Assembly: GCA_951406725.2 (NCBI GenBank) | Contig: OX597815.1 | Span: 173,848,001-173,912,000, forward strand | From: Octopus vulgaris | Lineage: Eukaryota | DNA length: 64,000 nt | Direction: 5' to 3' | In this document: piece after piece, positions 52,290 through 64,000 of the stretch | Layout of the letters: each line of letters starts with the position of its first letter | How positions within the stretch are numbered: position 1 is the first letter of the stretch | Translations under genes and position numbers: made by a program | The notes under the pieces: model-generated | Database searches by the model: none | The model's input: only the letters and a program-made list of their open reading frames with translations | Told to the model about the DNA's origin: nothing

Positions 52290-52616
52290 TAAGACTGATG
52301 ATTCCTTCATTAATTTATCTTTAACAAAACTGTATAAAATTATTTTACTTTTTACAGTTTATGTAGAATTCTTTTCTCTTTCGAATGATATAGGCATTAT
52401 ATATCTTACTACAATTTGAATAATTTTATTGCACAATTAATTCAAATAATTAAAAATTGTTGGCAAAATAAATTTAAGACTGTACCAACAATATTTCGTT
52501 TAAATTGAAAATTTTTTGCACAAATGATCAATGAACAAAAATTTATTATTTGAATCTAGTCCCACAGCCATTATTTTGAATTATGGCTTTACAACAGCAG
52601 GACATGGAGTTCGACA
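52290..52616 (-). mobile_element. Tc1 3' end, second copy; terminal bases displaced to 51401-51416 by the CR1 insertion
   Basis: Reverse complement aligns to 44120-44251 plus 44742-44942; cactggacaaaataag at 51401 completes the end. Confidence 0.85.
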
Positions 52617-52944
52617 TTTACATACATGCAGTTCTATCAGTACTTACACATTGAAAAATATATCTTTCTACTTGTACTACAATACATTTCAGCACTTCAA
52701 AAACAGACTTATGTTCATTTACATATGATATAACTTATATATTTATATCTATCTATCTATCTATCTATATATATATAAGGTTAGTTGAGTTAGAGGTTAA
52801 AACAACTGTCTAAGGGATAAAAGTATCCAAAATACTACCAGTATATTACTTTTATTTAAACATGCACAAAAATGTTATGCTCATAAATTATAGGTAAAGA
52901 CAATGATAAACAGGAGTGTATTAGGAATCAAAATCTGTTTTCCC

Positions 52945-52978
<34 letters not shown>

Positions 52979-53114
52979 AGCATACATCACCCTACATTGT
53001 TGATTGGTTCCAAGAGACATGACTTAAGTCTGACTGAAGTCGAATTAACTTGTCTTTAGGCTAGGCTGAATTTACTTGTCTCTAGGCTAAACCGATAATA
53101 ACCATTCCCAGTTC

Positions 53115-53430
53115 TGTACTTTATTTATGAATGCATTTTCAATAATAAATGGTTAATAACAACCTATTTTAAGCTTACAAACAAATAATTTTTATTTTTT
53201 AATACAGTACAGTAAAAAAAAAAGTTATCTAAATTGCCAAATACAATTTGGTGATGTTTACCGTACATCACAAACACTTTATTTATGAATGCAGTTTGCA
53301 ATAAGCATTGATAAAATAAAAGCCTTTTTTAAGCTTAAAAAACAAATTCTGTAATTATTATTATTTTGCAATAGTAGAAAAACTAAATTATTTTAAATTT
53401 ACCAATACGTACATACAATTAGGTGGTTTA
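53115..53430 (+). repeat. Degenerate ~158-bp tandem duplication
   Basis: actttatttatgaatgca...caataa...tttaagctta.aaacaaat...tacaatt.ggtg starts at ~53118 and again at ~53276. Confidence 0.7.
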
Positions 53431-53494
53431 TATTGCAGATGTGGATGTCTGTGGATTGTCAACATCAACAGCTAACTCTGGCTGTTTTGTTGTT

Positions 53495-53885
53495 TGATGC
53501 ACTTAAAAAAACTGGTTGAGAGTTTCTTGAACAGTCTTTTTTGCTTTAAGGATTACATTATAAGGAGCAAAAGTTTCGTGAAAAGCACCCATAATCTTGG
53601 AAAAAGCGTTGAGCATTTGGATACATATCCTTGAACTATAGAAAGACCTTTTCCGATATATGCAAATGTTTACTGCATTTTCTTAATGGTAAAGTGATGC
53701 AGCTCAGGTTCAACTTCTGTTTCTTCTCTCTTTTGCTGCTTGTGAAGCTATATCAAATCCTCGTTTGTCAGGGGCTGTTTGTCTTTCTCAAATAACTTGG
53801 TGAAGTCCTCCTCTTCCTCCAAATCCATTTACAGTTCTTTGCTCGTAGTTTTGTTGATGGCAACATTATCAAACCCCTTAAAAGA
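53495..53885 (-). mobile_element. Tigger-like transposase C-terminal remnant
   Basis: Minus-strand FKGFD...EEEEDFTKLFEKDKQPLTNEDLI...KKTVQETLNQFFK matches the Tigger tail (LTNEEL; Q..LD.FF). Confidence 0.7.
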
Positions 53886-53980
53886 GGAGATATGAAGATT
53901 TAAATGATATAATACCATGAGTGTTTGCTTCCTTTTCCTATTTTTCTTCTAAATATGTCTTGCTTGTCTCCGGATTCGAA

Positions 53981-54018
<38 letters not shown>

Positions 54019-54032
54019 ATACATAAATATAT

Positions 54033-54225
54033 TCATGGCACTCCATCAGTTATGGCAATAAGGGTTCCAGTTGATCTGATCAACGGAACAGCCTGCTCGT
54101 GAAATTAACATGCAAGTGGCTGAGCACTCCACAAACATGTGTACCCTTAACATAGTTCTCGGGGAGATTCAGCATGACACAGAGTGTGATAAGGCTGACC
54201 CTTTGAAATACAGGTACAACAGAAA
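54033..54225 (+). repeat. Probable interspersed repeat fragment
   Basis: GC-richer block ggttccagttgatc...cagcctgctcgtgaaattaac...ggagattcagc...gaaatacaggtac resembles a common octopod repeat (recalled, not searched); single copy here. Confidence 0.5.
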
Positions 54226-54779
54226 CAGGAAGAAAGAGTGACAGAAAGTTGTGGTGAAAGAGTACTGCAGGATTACTATTAAACTTCATTCAATTTTAAA
54301 AAAGGTAAAATTGGACAGAACTAATGGGATGACCTGATACATATACATATATATATATACATACTCATACACACACACATATATACATACCCATACACAT
54401 ATATATATATACATACCCATACACACACACACCCACATATATACATATACCTACACACACACATACATCATGATGATAGCCATCCTCTCATTACTAGGAA
54501 GACCATTGCAAACCTTCAGGAACATTGTGCACTCTCAGACTAACTTATATTTTGCGTTTGCAGCCCCGTTGGTGACTAATGAGCCCTGCTCTTGAGAAGC
54601 ATACACGACTGCAAACATTGCAAACCATTCACTACACCACAAATATGTACAGAAATATATACACACACATGTACATACATATATATATACACATGAGTGT
54701 GTGCATACACACATATCCGGTACTTTTATTGGATCATGTAACTGCATGTGTATACATATATACACACACACATGGCTCT

Positions 54780-55850
54780 TTGCAGTTTTCATCTACTGTG
54801 TTACTGTCTCCTTGCCTTGACATATGTGATAGTTGTAAGCAAGTATCATCACAATGCAAGCAGTGTCTTCCATTTCCAATCTTCTGTGAAAATATGTCAG
54901 GTCATGGGGAAATATTACCTTACTTGGAAACAGGTAACAGTGGCTGACAGGAAGGGCATCTGACAGTAGAAAACCTACCACAACAAATTCTGGCTAACCC
55001 ACGTGACCATAGAAAGGGTCACCTAGCCTTCAGTTGTTTCCAAGTAAAATAATATTTCCCATAGCCAGACAGGTTTTTCATGGAAGACTGGTAATGAACA
55101 ATGTCACTTGTATGTTGGTAATACTTGTTTACAATCAACATGTGATGTCATTCACATGACTTTGGCTAGCCTCAAGTTAGAGCAGAAGACACTTGCCCAA
55201 GGTGCTGCACAGCAGGACCAAACCCACGACGGCATGGTTGGGAAGCAAGTTTCTTAACCACATGCTTTGTGAGTGGATTTAGTAAATGGAAACTCAAAGA
55301 AACCCATCATATGCGTGTGTGTATACCTTTGTCTTGACATTATGAGATGGATGAAGATTATATATATATATATGTCCTCATTCCTGATCTCTTTCTCTTT
55401 CTCTCTCTTTCTCCAGTTGGGTAACTATGTACCTCCTCTACAGCAAGACACCTGTTTCTGTCTGTCTCATTATAACCTTTCATCATTTGACACAAGATCA
55501 CCTCCTCCAATACCTCTCCCCTCCCAAAAGACTTTTTTTCTTTCAGGTTACTTGGTGACCCTGTCACTGCAGGTGTTACTTAAAAAGCATCCAGTCCACA
55601 CTGCAAAGTGGTTGGCATTTGGAAGGGCATCCAGCTGCAAGAAACCTTACCAAAACTGACCTTACTTGTGCTTGTGGTATGTAAAAAGCACACAGTCCAC
55701 TCAGCTGGGTGGTTGGTGTTAGGAAGGACATTCAACTGTAAAAATTCTGCCGAAACAGTCACAGAAGTCTGGTGCAGGCTTCTGCTTGGCCAACTCCTGT
55801 AAAACCGTCCCAACCATGCCAGCATGGAAGGCAGACGTTAAAACAATGAT
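54780..55850. mobile_element. Cluster of SINE/RTE-tail fragments in both orientations
   Basis: 54830-54935 is inverted relative to 55033-55150; SINE head on the minus strand at 55165-55262; RTE 3'UTR on the plus strand at 55580-55850. Confidence 0.75.
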
Positions 55851-55864
55851 TAAATATATATATG

Positions 55865-56215
55865 TACTGGAACCATTTGATGACAGAAGATGAAGCACTA
55901 GTGTATCTTTATGACCTGGAAATGAAGGCTCAGGCCATAGAATGGTGTTATGCCCTTTCTCAAAGGCCCAAGAAGTTCAAGAACCAGTAACATGCACAAA
56001 GTCAGGGTGATTGTTTTGGGAGACAAGAAAGATGTCATTACTCTTGATTTTCTGGAAGGTAGCTATAGTGTGAGCAGCAAGTTGCACATTGATAGACTCA
56101 AGAAACTTAGAGAAGACATTAAGATGAAGTGATTGAGCAAGAATCTGAAAAGATCCACAATCGCCATGAATTGCAAAACACTACACTAGTGCTGGTACCA
56201 TGAAAAAAATGTATC
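55865..56215 (+). mobile_element. Mariner transposase catalytic-domain fragment (irritans-like)
   Basis: MTEDEALVYLYDLEMKAQAIEW and KVRVIVLGDKKDVITLDFLEG...IDRLKKLREDIKMK match TGDE.W.Y.YDPE.K.QS..W and KVM..VFWD..GVI..DFL. Confidence 0.7.
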
Positions 56216-57959
56216 CAGTACACTTTATAATGTAGCTGGCAAATTAAGCAGTGACAATACAAAATCAAAGGGACTATTTAGTTTTGCTGATGGCCAGATA
56301 ACCTCTATAATTCTGGTGCTATAAGAAAAATGTACTTTGTGCACAATGAGAAGTGGATAGTTACAGGAAAAATATTCAACCACAGAAATCATGCTAAAAC
56401 AGATGCTGGAGCAAGTGTGGTCTTCTGATTTGTTAGGTTCTGTCAAACCATCTAAACCATACCAGCATGGAAAGTGGACATAAAATGATGATGATCATCA
56501 TCAGAATGATAGCATATAAAGAAGACACAAACTATAAAATAAAAAATAGGCAACAAACTATAAAATAAAAAATAGGCAACAAACTGAACAAAAAAAAAAA
56601 GGAAAATTCAGCCTTCATTAGCTGTCTCACCCAGTACTCTGACAATTTTGGCACCTCAAGACAGAATCTCAATTTTTAGTAAATGACTCAATACCTTTTG
56701 TAGTTGTCTTTACAGTTCATGTAATTCCAGATACTCACAACAAACACAGTACTGCTAGATATTGAAGCTGTCATCTCTCAATATCATTTATTTTAAACCA
56801 TTAAGTCTCTAGTTCTATTTTTTTAGGTTTTTATGCCCAATAATTATCCAGCATATCTCATCATTTACTTCTAACAAGAGAGTTTGAATACAATTCAACC
56901 TGTACTAGAAGCTTTCAGTTCCATAATACTTCACTTGTACAAGATTAATATACAATTGCATGAAATAACCAAGAACCAAGTGGACCACTCAATGATTTTT
57001 TTTCCACAATGGGTACCTAAACGTGTGCACTTAGTAGCTGCACAGACAAAAAGGTATTGGATTTCTCTATATTTCTTACACTTTCAGATCAATATTATTC
57101 ATCAATGGTTTAATGAGAACATCATCCTTACCATTAACTCATACAGTAGCTAAGTTATATTCAACTTTATGCATTTTGATTTAGGACTTCTATCCTGTCA
57201 GGATGCATTGATAGAATGAGCACTGTTATATTTGAAGTAAATGAATAAAAAGAGAATAATACAGCACAAATAAATATTCTGAAACCATGATAACCAGAAC
57301 TCATCAGTATTCTCATACCAAAAATTGTAAATGCACCCAAGTCAACAAAACTGTACCCAATTTAACAAAAAATGCAACAAGACAACAGTTATATTTTCTC
57401 TTTAAAGCAATGAATGTGAAGCTAAAGAAATTAGCATTTCATGAGGATGAAGTGCATTTATAGTAATTATTTTGATGAAATCTTTGACAGCTAATATTTT
57501 TAGATTATAGTATCTCCATTACAGTGTAATATACATATTCTTGGCCTAATCAACCATGCGATTTATGTAGCACATTTGTAGCCTGAGCAATTATTCAATG
57601 TGACTTAACTCTCACCTTCCATATAAAAGCTATAATAATTTTCCTTCTACTTCTCAGCAGAAAATATAGGGAAAAGGAAATAGTCATGTACTGTATACAA
57701 AACCTTGATACCTTGAATGTGCTGCCACATTACATTCTAGATTTTCTCTTCTCAGTCAATTAACTGCAACTACTCGCAATATATCAATACTGTACATTAG
57801 GGAGCATCTAAAAGTTTTAGAACACAAAATGAATGCTAACTTTCAAATAATTATTCATTTGAATATAAGAACAGCTAGAATTAAAACCCTACATAACAGG
57901 AAAAGTAAAATATAAGCATAAAAAATAACACAAGCCAGTATGCACATAAAATGAAAATT

Positions 57960-58253
57960 ATCATCAACATCATTGTTCATTTTTCCATGTTCATATGGAC
58001 CAGACAGAATTTGTTGGGGTGGATTTTCCATGGCTGGATGCCCTTCCTGCTGCCAACCCTCAACTGTTTCCAAGTAGGATAATATTTCTGCATGACCAGG
58101 TAGGAGTGGCCGTGTGGTAAGTAGTTTGCTTACCAATCACATGGTTCTGGGTTCAGTCCCACTGTGTGGCACCTTAGGCAAGTGTCTACTACTATAGCCT
58201 CAGGCTGACCAAATCCTGCAAGTAGATTTGATAAATGGAAACCGAAAGAAGCC
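57960..58253. mobile_element. Head-to-head SINE fragments: RTE-like tail (-) then CORE-like head (+)
   Basis: catcattgttcatttttccatg... on the minus strand, followed by ggagtggccgtgtggtaagtag...gggttcagtcccactgtgtggcacctt...gaaagaagcc on the plus strand. Confidence 0.8.
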
Positions 58254-58992
58254 GGGGAGAGTGTCTTTGGAGGGGGTGAGGAATTTCTGAAAATTCACCG
58301 GAGTCTACTTCAATTCATCTCAACTTTCAAGAAAGTGGATATTTTTAAATGAAATTCTCTACAAATATACCTTAGAATATTATTACATTAGATTCACTTC
58401 TTTAAAAAAGTTTCTCAATGTCAACTTCTGGTATTGACATAAAAACGGCAAAGTCAGTTCCTGTCTAATTTTAATGTTTCCATTTCAAGTTTTATTTCAC
58501 TATTTGTAAACAACTATGATAAATTACTGAAAGAAATATTTACAAAGTTCACAAATTTAAATATTCAGTATAAGATAGTTTTCAACATGCTTTTATTGAT
58601 ACAATTTTTTCATTCCATGTCCACCTCACTCATTGTTTGCAATGTTCTTACTCTCTCTCTCTCACACATACACACACACTCCAGGTTGATTTCTTTATTA
58701 CACAAATATCACGTTAAAATTTTGCAATTCAACATGGGACCTCCCAAAAATATGGGCATTATTTTGTTGGAACTCGCACACTTTGTTATTTTACGTAAAT
58801 TTTTTTATTTTCTTTTTCAGCCACAAACATACACGTGTTTTTGCAAGTACATTTGTATACATTTATGTATGGTGTGTGTGTGTGTGAGTAAAGGAGTGTG
58901 TTGTCATGTATGCGTACATACATAAATATATATGCATATATCTTTTTTCTATGTATGTATGTGTGAGAGAGAGAGAGAGTGATGTCTAAGTG

Positions 58993-59023
<31 letters not shown>

Positions 59024-59090
59024 TACAAAATGTATGCCTATTTATTTATGTATGTATTTATACATGACAACAAACTCCTTCACTCACTCA

Positions 59091-59125
<35 letters not shown>

Positions 59126-59184
59126 GTCCATTTCATCTGATGTTTGATACTGTATGTATCTGTGTGTGTGTGCACGCATGCATG

Positions 59185-60707
59185 CGGTGTTCCACAATCG
59201 ACAGAAAAAAGCAGAGGAATTCTTTATTGATGCTTCTGGTGACACAGGTAAAACATTTGTGACACTGCTTCTCTCCAAAGTAAGGCAACAAAAACAAAAA
59301 AATTGCAGTTGCTGTACTATTGTCTGGCTTTGCTGCCACCATTCTCCCAGGAAGATGAACAGCTCATTCTGCTTTTAAATTACCATTACACTTGGTCACA
59401 AGTGAAAGTCTATGTTGTGACATAAGCAAAGATTCAAGTTCAGCAGAAGTGTTGTGCCAATGCCACCTTATCATTTGGGATGAATGCACCATGTCACATT
59501 GAGGTGCAATAGAAGCTCTTGGTAACACCTTACAGGACATCAGCAGTAACAATAAATTTATGGGAGGAGTTACATTAGTTTTATCAGGAGATTTCAGACA
59601 GACATTACCAGTCATTCTGAGACAAACAAGATCTGATGAAATAAAAGCATGCATTAAGTCTTCACACCTATGGAATAAAATACTGAAATTCTCCAATACT
59701 AACATGCGAACTTCATTACATGGCGACCAAGATGCAAAACAGTTTTCAACCTGGCTCCTCCAATTAGGAAATGGGAAAGTACCATTTGATGGGAATGGTG
59801 ATATCAGTTTGGCTCATATTGCTATCATGGTGAATTCCCCAGCTGAATTGAAGAACCAGACTTAAGTAATAATTATAATTCACATAAATGGTTCTGTGAA
59901 AGGGCAATTCTTACTCCAAAAAAATGAGACAGAAGCAAGAATTAACCATGAATTAATAAGATACCAACAGTCATTAAGAAGTAAAAATTAATTAATTCAG
60001 TCCTTCATGAAAATCAAGTTGTCCATTACCAACAGAATTCCTTAATTCTCTTGAGTCACCAGGAATTCCTCCACATAAACTCTTTCTGAAGGTAAGAGTC
60101 CCAATAATGCTTCTAAGAAATTTAGATCCTCCTAAATTATGCAATGGGACAAGGTTGATTGTGAAGACATTATCACCTAATGTGATAGAAGCTACCATCA
60201 TCACTGGAGGTACCTCTGGGGAAGAGGTTTTCGTTCCAAGAATTCCAATCAAACCAACAGACATGCCCTTTGAGTTCAAATGAACACAATTCCCAGTGCA
60301 ACTTTGCTTTGCAATGTCTATTAATAAAACTCAAGGTCAGTCTTTAAAATCTACTGGCTTGCTTTTCTCATGGTCAACTTTGTTGGTTGCTCCAGGGTAG
60401 GTAGTGTGCAAGACTTATTTGTCTATGCTCAAAACCAAAAAACAAAGTATGTTGTTTACCCAGAAGCTCTTACATAATTTCTTTCAACATATGTAACAGT
60501 AAATTTTGTATTTTTGTTTATTACTATTATTATTTTTATTTTGTATTATGAATTCAGCATGGATTTCCCAGTTAAAGAAAAAATTGTATCCCAACTAAAG
60601 AATAAATTGAATTTAGAATAACAAATTTCTATAGAACATATTTTGCTTTTTTCTCCCAATGTATAAGGGAAAATTTCTTTCCTGGCAACACCGGGTCCCT
60701 CTGCTAG
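59185..60707 (+). mobile_element. Helitron 3' part: PIF1-like helicase pseudogene plus terminal hairpin/CTAG
   Basis: [71 protein letters not shown] and FSHGQL; ends cctggcaacaccggg...CTAG|T at 60707. Confidence 0.93.
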
Positions 60708-60717
60708 TATATGTATG

Positions 60718-60751
<34 letters not shown>

Positions 60752-60764
60752 TGCATGCACATGC

Positions 60765-60905
60765 AATGGGCTTCTTTCAGTTTCCATCTACCAAATCTGC
60801 TTGCATTGATTTGGCTGACTTGAGGTTAGAGTAGAAGACACTTGCTGAAGATGTCATGCAGTAGAACTGAATCCAGAACCTGCTCGCCAAGAAATCATAC
60901 TGCAC
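60765..60905 (-). mobile_element. CORE-like SINE head fragment
   Basis: gggcttctttcagtttccatctaccaaatc...gaagacacttgc; a similar fragment lies at 62238-62370. Confidence 0.75.
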
Positions 60906-61399
60906 TTATGAAATCTAATCAATAAATTTATCAGTTAACAACAAAAACTGTCTTCAATAAAGTACTTACAAGCAGAAACAAACAGTAAAATTCTCACAAT
61001 GTTGAGTGTTTTTTAAATCACATTTTACTCAGATTAAGTTGGGATTAAGAAAAGTATCTAATTAGATATTTCTATCCTACAGAAAAAAAAAATCATCAAT
61101 ACATGCATAATGTTATGAGAACTGATTGGCTTGTTGTAGACCTATATTCACTGAAACATGGCCAGGAACAACTATTAAACCTTTTGCCAGCACTGTATAC
61201 GGTAGATAATTGTAACAATAATGATCGAAAGATAACCACAGCAACAAATTATCTCCCAATTTTTTAATGATGTGGTAATTAAGATTTACACTACTGTTTA
61301 ATTTGGAATTAAATGAATTCACTATTCATTTGTAGCATAAAGAAGAGGAAGCAAACCTGAAAAAGATTTTTGTGATTTTTGTGAAATGATGCATATTCA

Positions 61400-62060
61400 A
61401 GCTTTAAAACTAAAACATTTCGCTACTAATTCTCAGTTCAAGGCTATGTTCAATTGCTATGTTTTATAAATAGTTATTCTATCAGTATGTTGTAGAAATA
61501 CTATGTGTCAACATATGCCTAAAGACTATGAACAAAAATTTATTCTATACCAAATTAAGAAAAACATGCCAGTATATTTTGAGATACCAGCTGATATGAC
61601 ACTTGACTGAGGTGAGACTAAAACTGTTTGTGCAGGTAGCAATGGAAAATAGCATTGTACAGGTATTACTAGCTATAACTTCTAATGGTAGTAAACTGCC
61701 TCTTCATACTATATCCAAATGTAAAATACAGCATAAAGGAATTAAATATGAAAATATATTACTACTCATGCTAATGAAAAGGACTGAAAATGCAGTAATA
61801 TGGTTGAGGAATAGAATCATTTGGCTTGGAATCATGCTGGTGCTTTGCTTAAACCAAAATCAATGTTTATATTAGATTCATTTTGTGGCCATCTCACAGA
61901 TAATGCAACATGAAGTTTCAAAACTGCCAAATTACTAAAATATTTGGTAGAGTAGAAGATGATATTATATGGCAAGGAGAAACTGATGTTGATGAAACAA
62001 ATCCAAGTGGACAATATGTCAAACGTGATGTTAATTTGAAGTCTGACAATAGTGGATAAT
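61400..62060 (+). mobile_element. pogo-family (DDE_1) transposase remnant
   Basis: PVYFEIPADMTLD, VLLAITSNGSKLPLHTISKCK and LDSFCGHLTD match pogo P..F.MP...T, V.L...A.G.KLP..IFK.K and LDSF.GHLT. Confidence 0.75.
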
Positions 62061-63139
62061 GCAAAGATATTAATTTAAATAAAAACCATAATTTGACAAA
62101 ATTCTTATCTTTTAAAGCGATACATGCAATAATAACAAATCTATGCATTAACTGTGGACACATTTCTTTTCTCATTAAAAACAAAACTGCATATTATACA
62201 TAAGGAGCATTATGCATGGATAAGTGCAGTACATCATTTTGGTTTCTGTCAACCAAATCCACTCACAAGGCTTTGATTGATCCAAGACTAAAGTAGAAGT
62301 CAGTAGCCCAAGATGATACACAGTGGAACTGAATGTGAAAACAAACGATTGAGAAGCTTAACACACAACTACATTGCATCCACCCACATACACACACACT
62401 ATGAAATAATTTTTTTAGCATGAAGAAAAAAAATGCATACATATAAAATGCACAATTTTGCTATTACTACATGTAAGTATAAACAATTTAAAAATTTATC
62501 AAATTATGATTTATAGCTTAATCAATACCATTTCATTATCTATTGTTATCAGAAGCTGAATTAATACCACTTTCCACTAATTGTTTCATTATCAGTTACT
62601 TCCTATCATGTTCTGATCCATTAAGTGCATTCATAACACAACATTTTTAAAAACCTATGTAATCATCTTTTTATAATTTGCTTTCCAAGCTAGTATAGGT
62701 TGTATGAATTTCCACAGGCTGAGTTAGCCCTTATTTAGAATCACTCTTCTCTAAAAGTAATCACAGAATCATATCTGGCTCTAATGCTTCAATTTTGGTT
62801 TCTACACACACGCGCGCGTGTACACACACACAAAGGCAGAATAAAACAGATTTAGTTTATCCAGAGGATACTGGATGTATTTTATCATAGCACCAGCACA
62901 TAGAGGTTGTCATGTCATCTAGAAAACTTTAGATGTGAAGTTAAGAGGACACCTCAACTTTATGTGCAAGTGGGAGAGGTGTAAGTACACAACCTAAATA
63001 CAGGTATGGCTCATAGAGGAGCTCAATGAATATTAAATTATACATAAAGCAGAATTTACTGTGCAAACTTATTTATTAATATATGTGTGTGTATTAGTAT
63101 TTATATTTACACTGCTTGAAAACAAGCATTATTTTTATG

Positions 63140-63780
63140 TTGCTGAAATAAATACCAGACTTAAGTACTGATTGACTAAATTCATGAAGATGGCACCCCA
63201 GTATGGCAATAGTCCAATGACAGAGTAGTAAAAACAAATATCTTTTACATGTTTTGGTTACTAAACTGCAACCATGCAGGGGCACTGCCATAAAGGGCTT
63301 TAGTCAAATGAATCGACCACAGCACTTACTTTTAAGCCTGGTACTTACTCTATTGGTCTCTTTTGCTGAACTGCTAACTTACAGGGATGTAAACAAACCA
63401 AGACTGGTTGTCAAGCAGTAGTGGGGAACAAACAGTAACACATACATAGATATGTGTTCTTTTCTCCCCTCCATACACACGCAAGCATGCATCTGACTCA
63501 TACACTGTCCACTTCCCAGACATTTGTACATTACTGCATATGATTTATACGCACTTTTGATAAGTTGTGGTGCACCTGAGCACTGTAAACAATAATTTCA
63601 TTATTATTATTATATACAAATATACAATGGGTTTCATTCAATTTCTATCAGCCAAATTCACTCACAAGGCTTTGGTTGGCCCAGAGTTATAGTAGAAGAC
63701 ACTTACCCAAGGCAACACTCAGTAGGACTGATCCTGGAACCATGTGGTGGGGTAGCATACCTCTTACACAGCCATGCCTA
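63140..63780. mobile_element. Tail-to-tail SINEs: plus-strand 3' piece 63140-63235 and minus-strand full copy 63241-63780
   Basis: ggcaccccagtatggc...gtaaaa followed by tcttttacatgtt...gcaggggcactgcc...gaagacacttacccaagg...acacagccatgcct. Confidence 0.85.
63460..63612 (+). mobile_element. CR1 3'UTR-only insertion nested in a SINE
   Basis: ttttctcccctccatacacac...aagttgtggtgcacctgagcactgt.aacaataatttcattattattat matches 41869-42017. Confidence 0.92.
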
Positions 63781-64000
63781 TATAATGTGCCTATGTCTCT
63801 ATACAGGTGAGTGTATTTTCTATTATGAGCATAACATATGCAAAAACATATGAACACAATGAATACTACTCAGCCTTCTTTTGTGCCTCTTTCTTCCTTG
63901 TTTTGCCTCTCTAACAATATATCAACTTTACCTAATTAACACCTGTATAATGCTTTCAATCTTTTTAACCTCCCCCTATCATTCCTCTTTCTTCTTAATG

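Noticed and set aside
56528-56585. 26-bp direct repeat (also short repeats at 49091, 49680 and 53048) as CRISPR-like or regulatory arrays
   Set aside because: Only two units, no spacer array, eukaryotic context; ordinary slippage duplications

Overview
AT-rich, repeat-dense eukaryotic DNA, not prokaryotic. The tRNA-derived SINEs, RTE 3' tails, (CA)n/(TA)n/(ATT)n microsatellites and the transposon set look like an octopod cephalopod (Octopus) genome; this is inferred from recalled repeat families. Most of the window is intronic/intergenic and built from mobile-element remnants: Gypsy pol, several RTE and CR1-like LINEs (one 5'-truncated CR1 with an uninterrupted RT ORF), a Penelope-like element, two full-length dead mariners, Tc1, maT (DD37D), pogo/Tigger pieces, a Helitron 3' half, MITEs and many SINEs. 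A few minus-strand exon candidates suggest one or two host genes, with a CpG-retaining promoter-like region near 20 kb; the products could not be identified. Best leads: (1) a ~480-bp palindromic insertion with an 11-bp TSD that joins a tRNA-derived Pol III head to a Penelope-type minimal hammerhead ribozyme (44252-44730); (2) a putative spliced ORF with a single in-frame TGA in a C-x-x-TGA context (20198-20156 + 6414-6286). Most short ORFs in the supplied track are noise.
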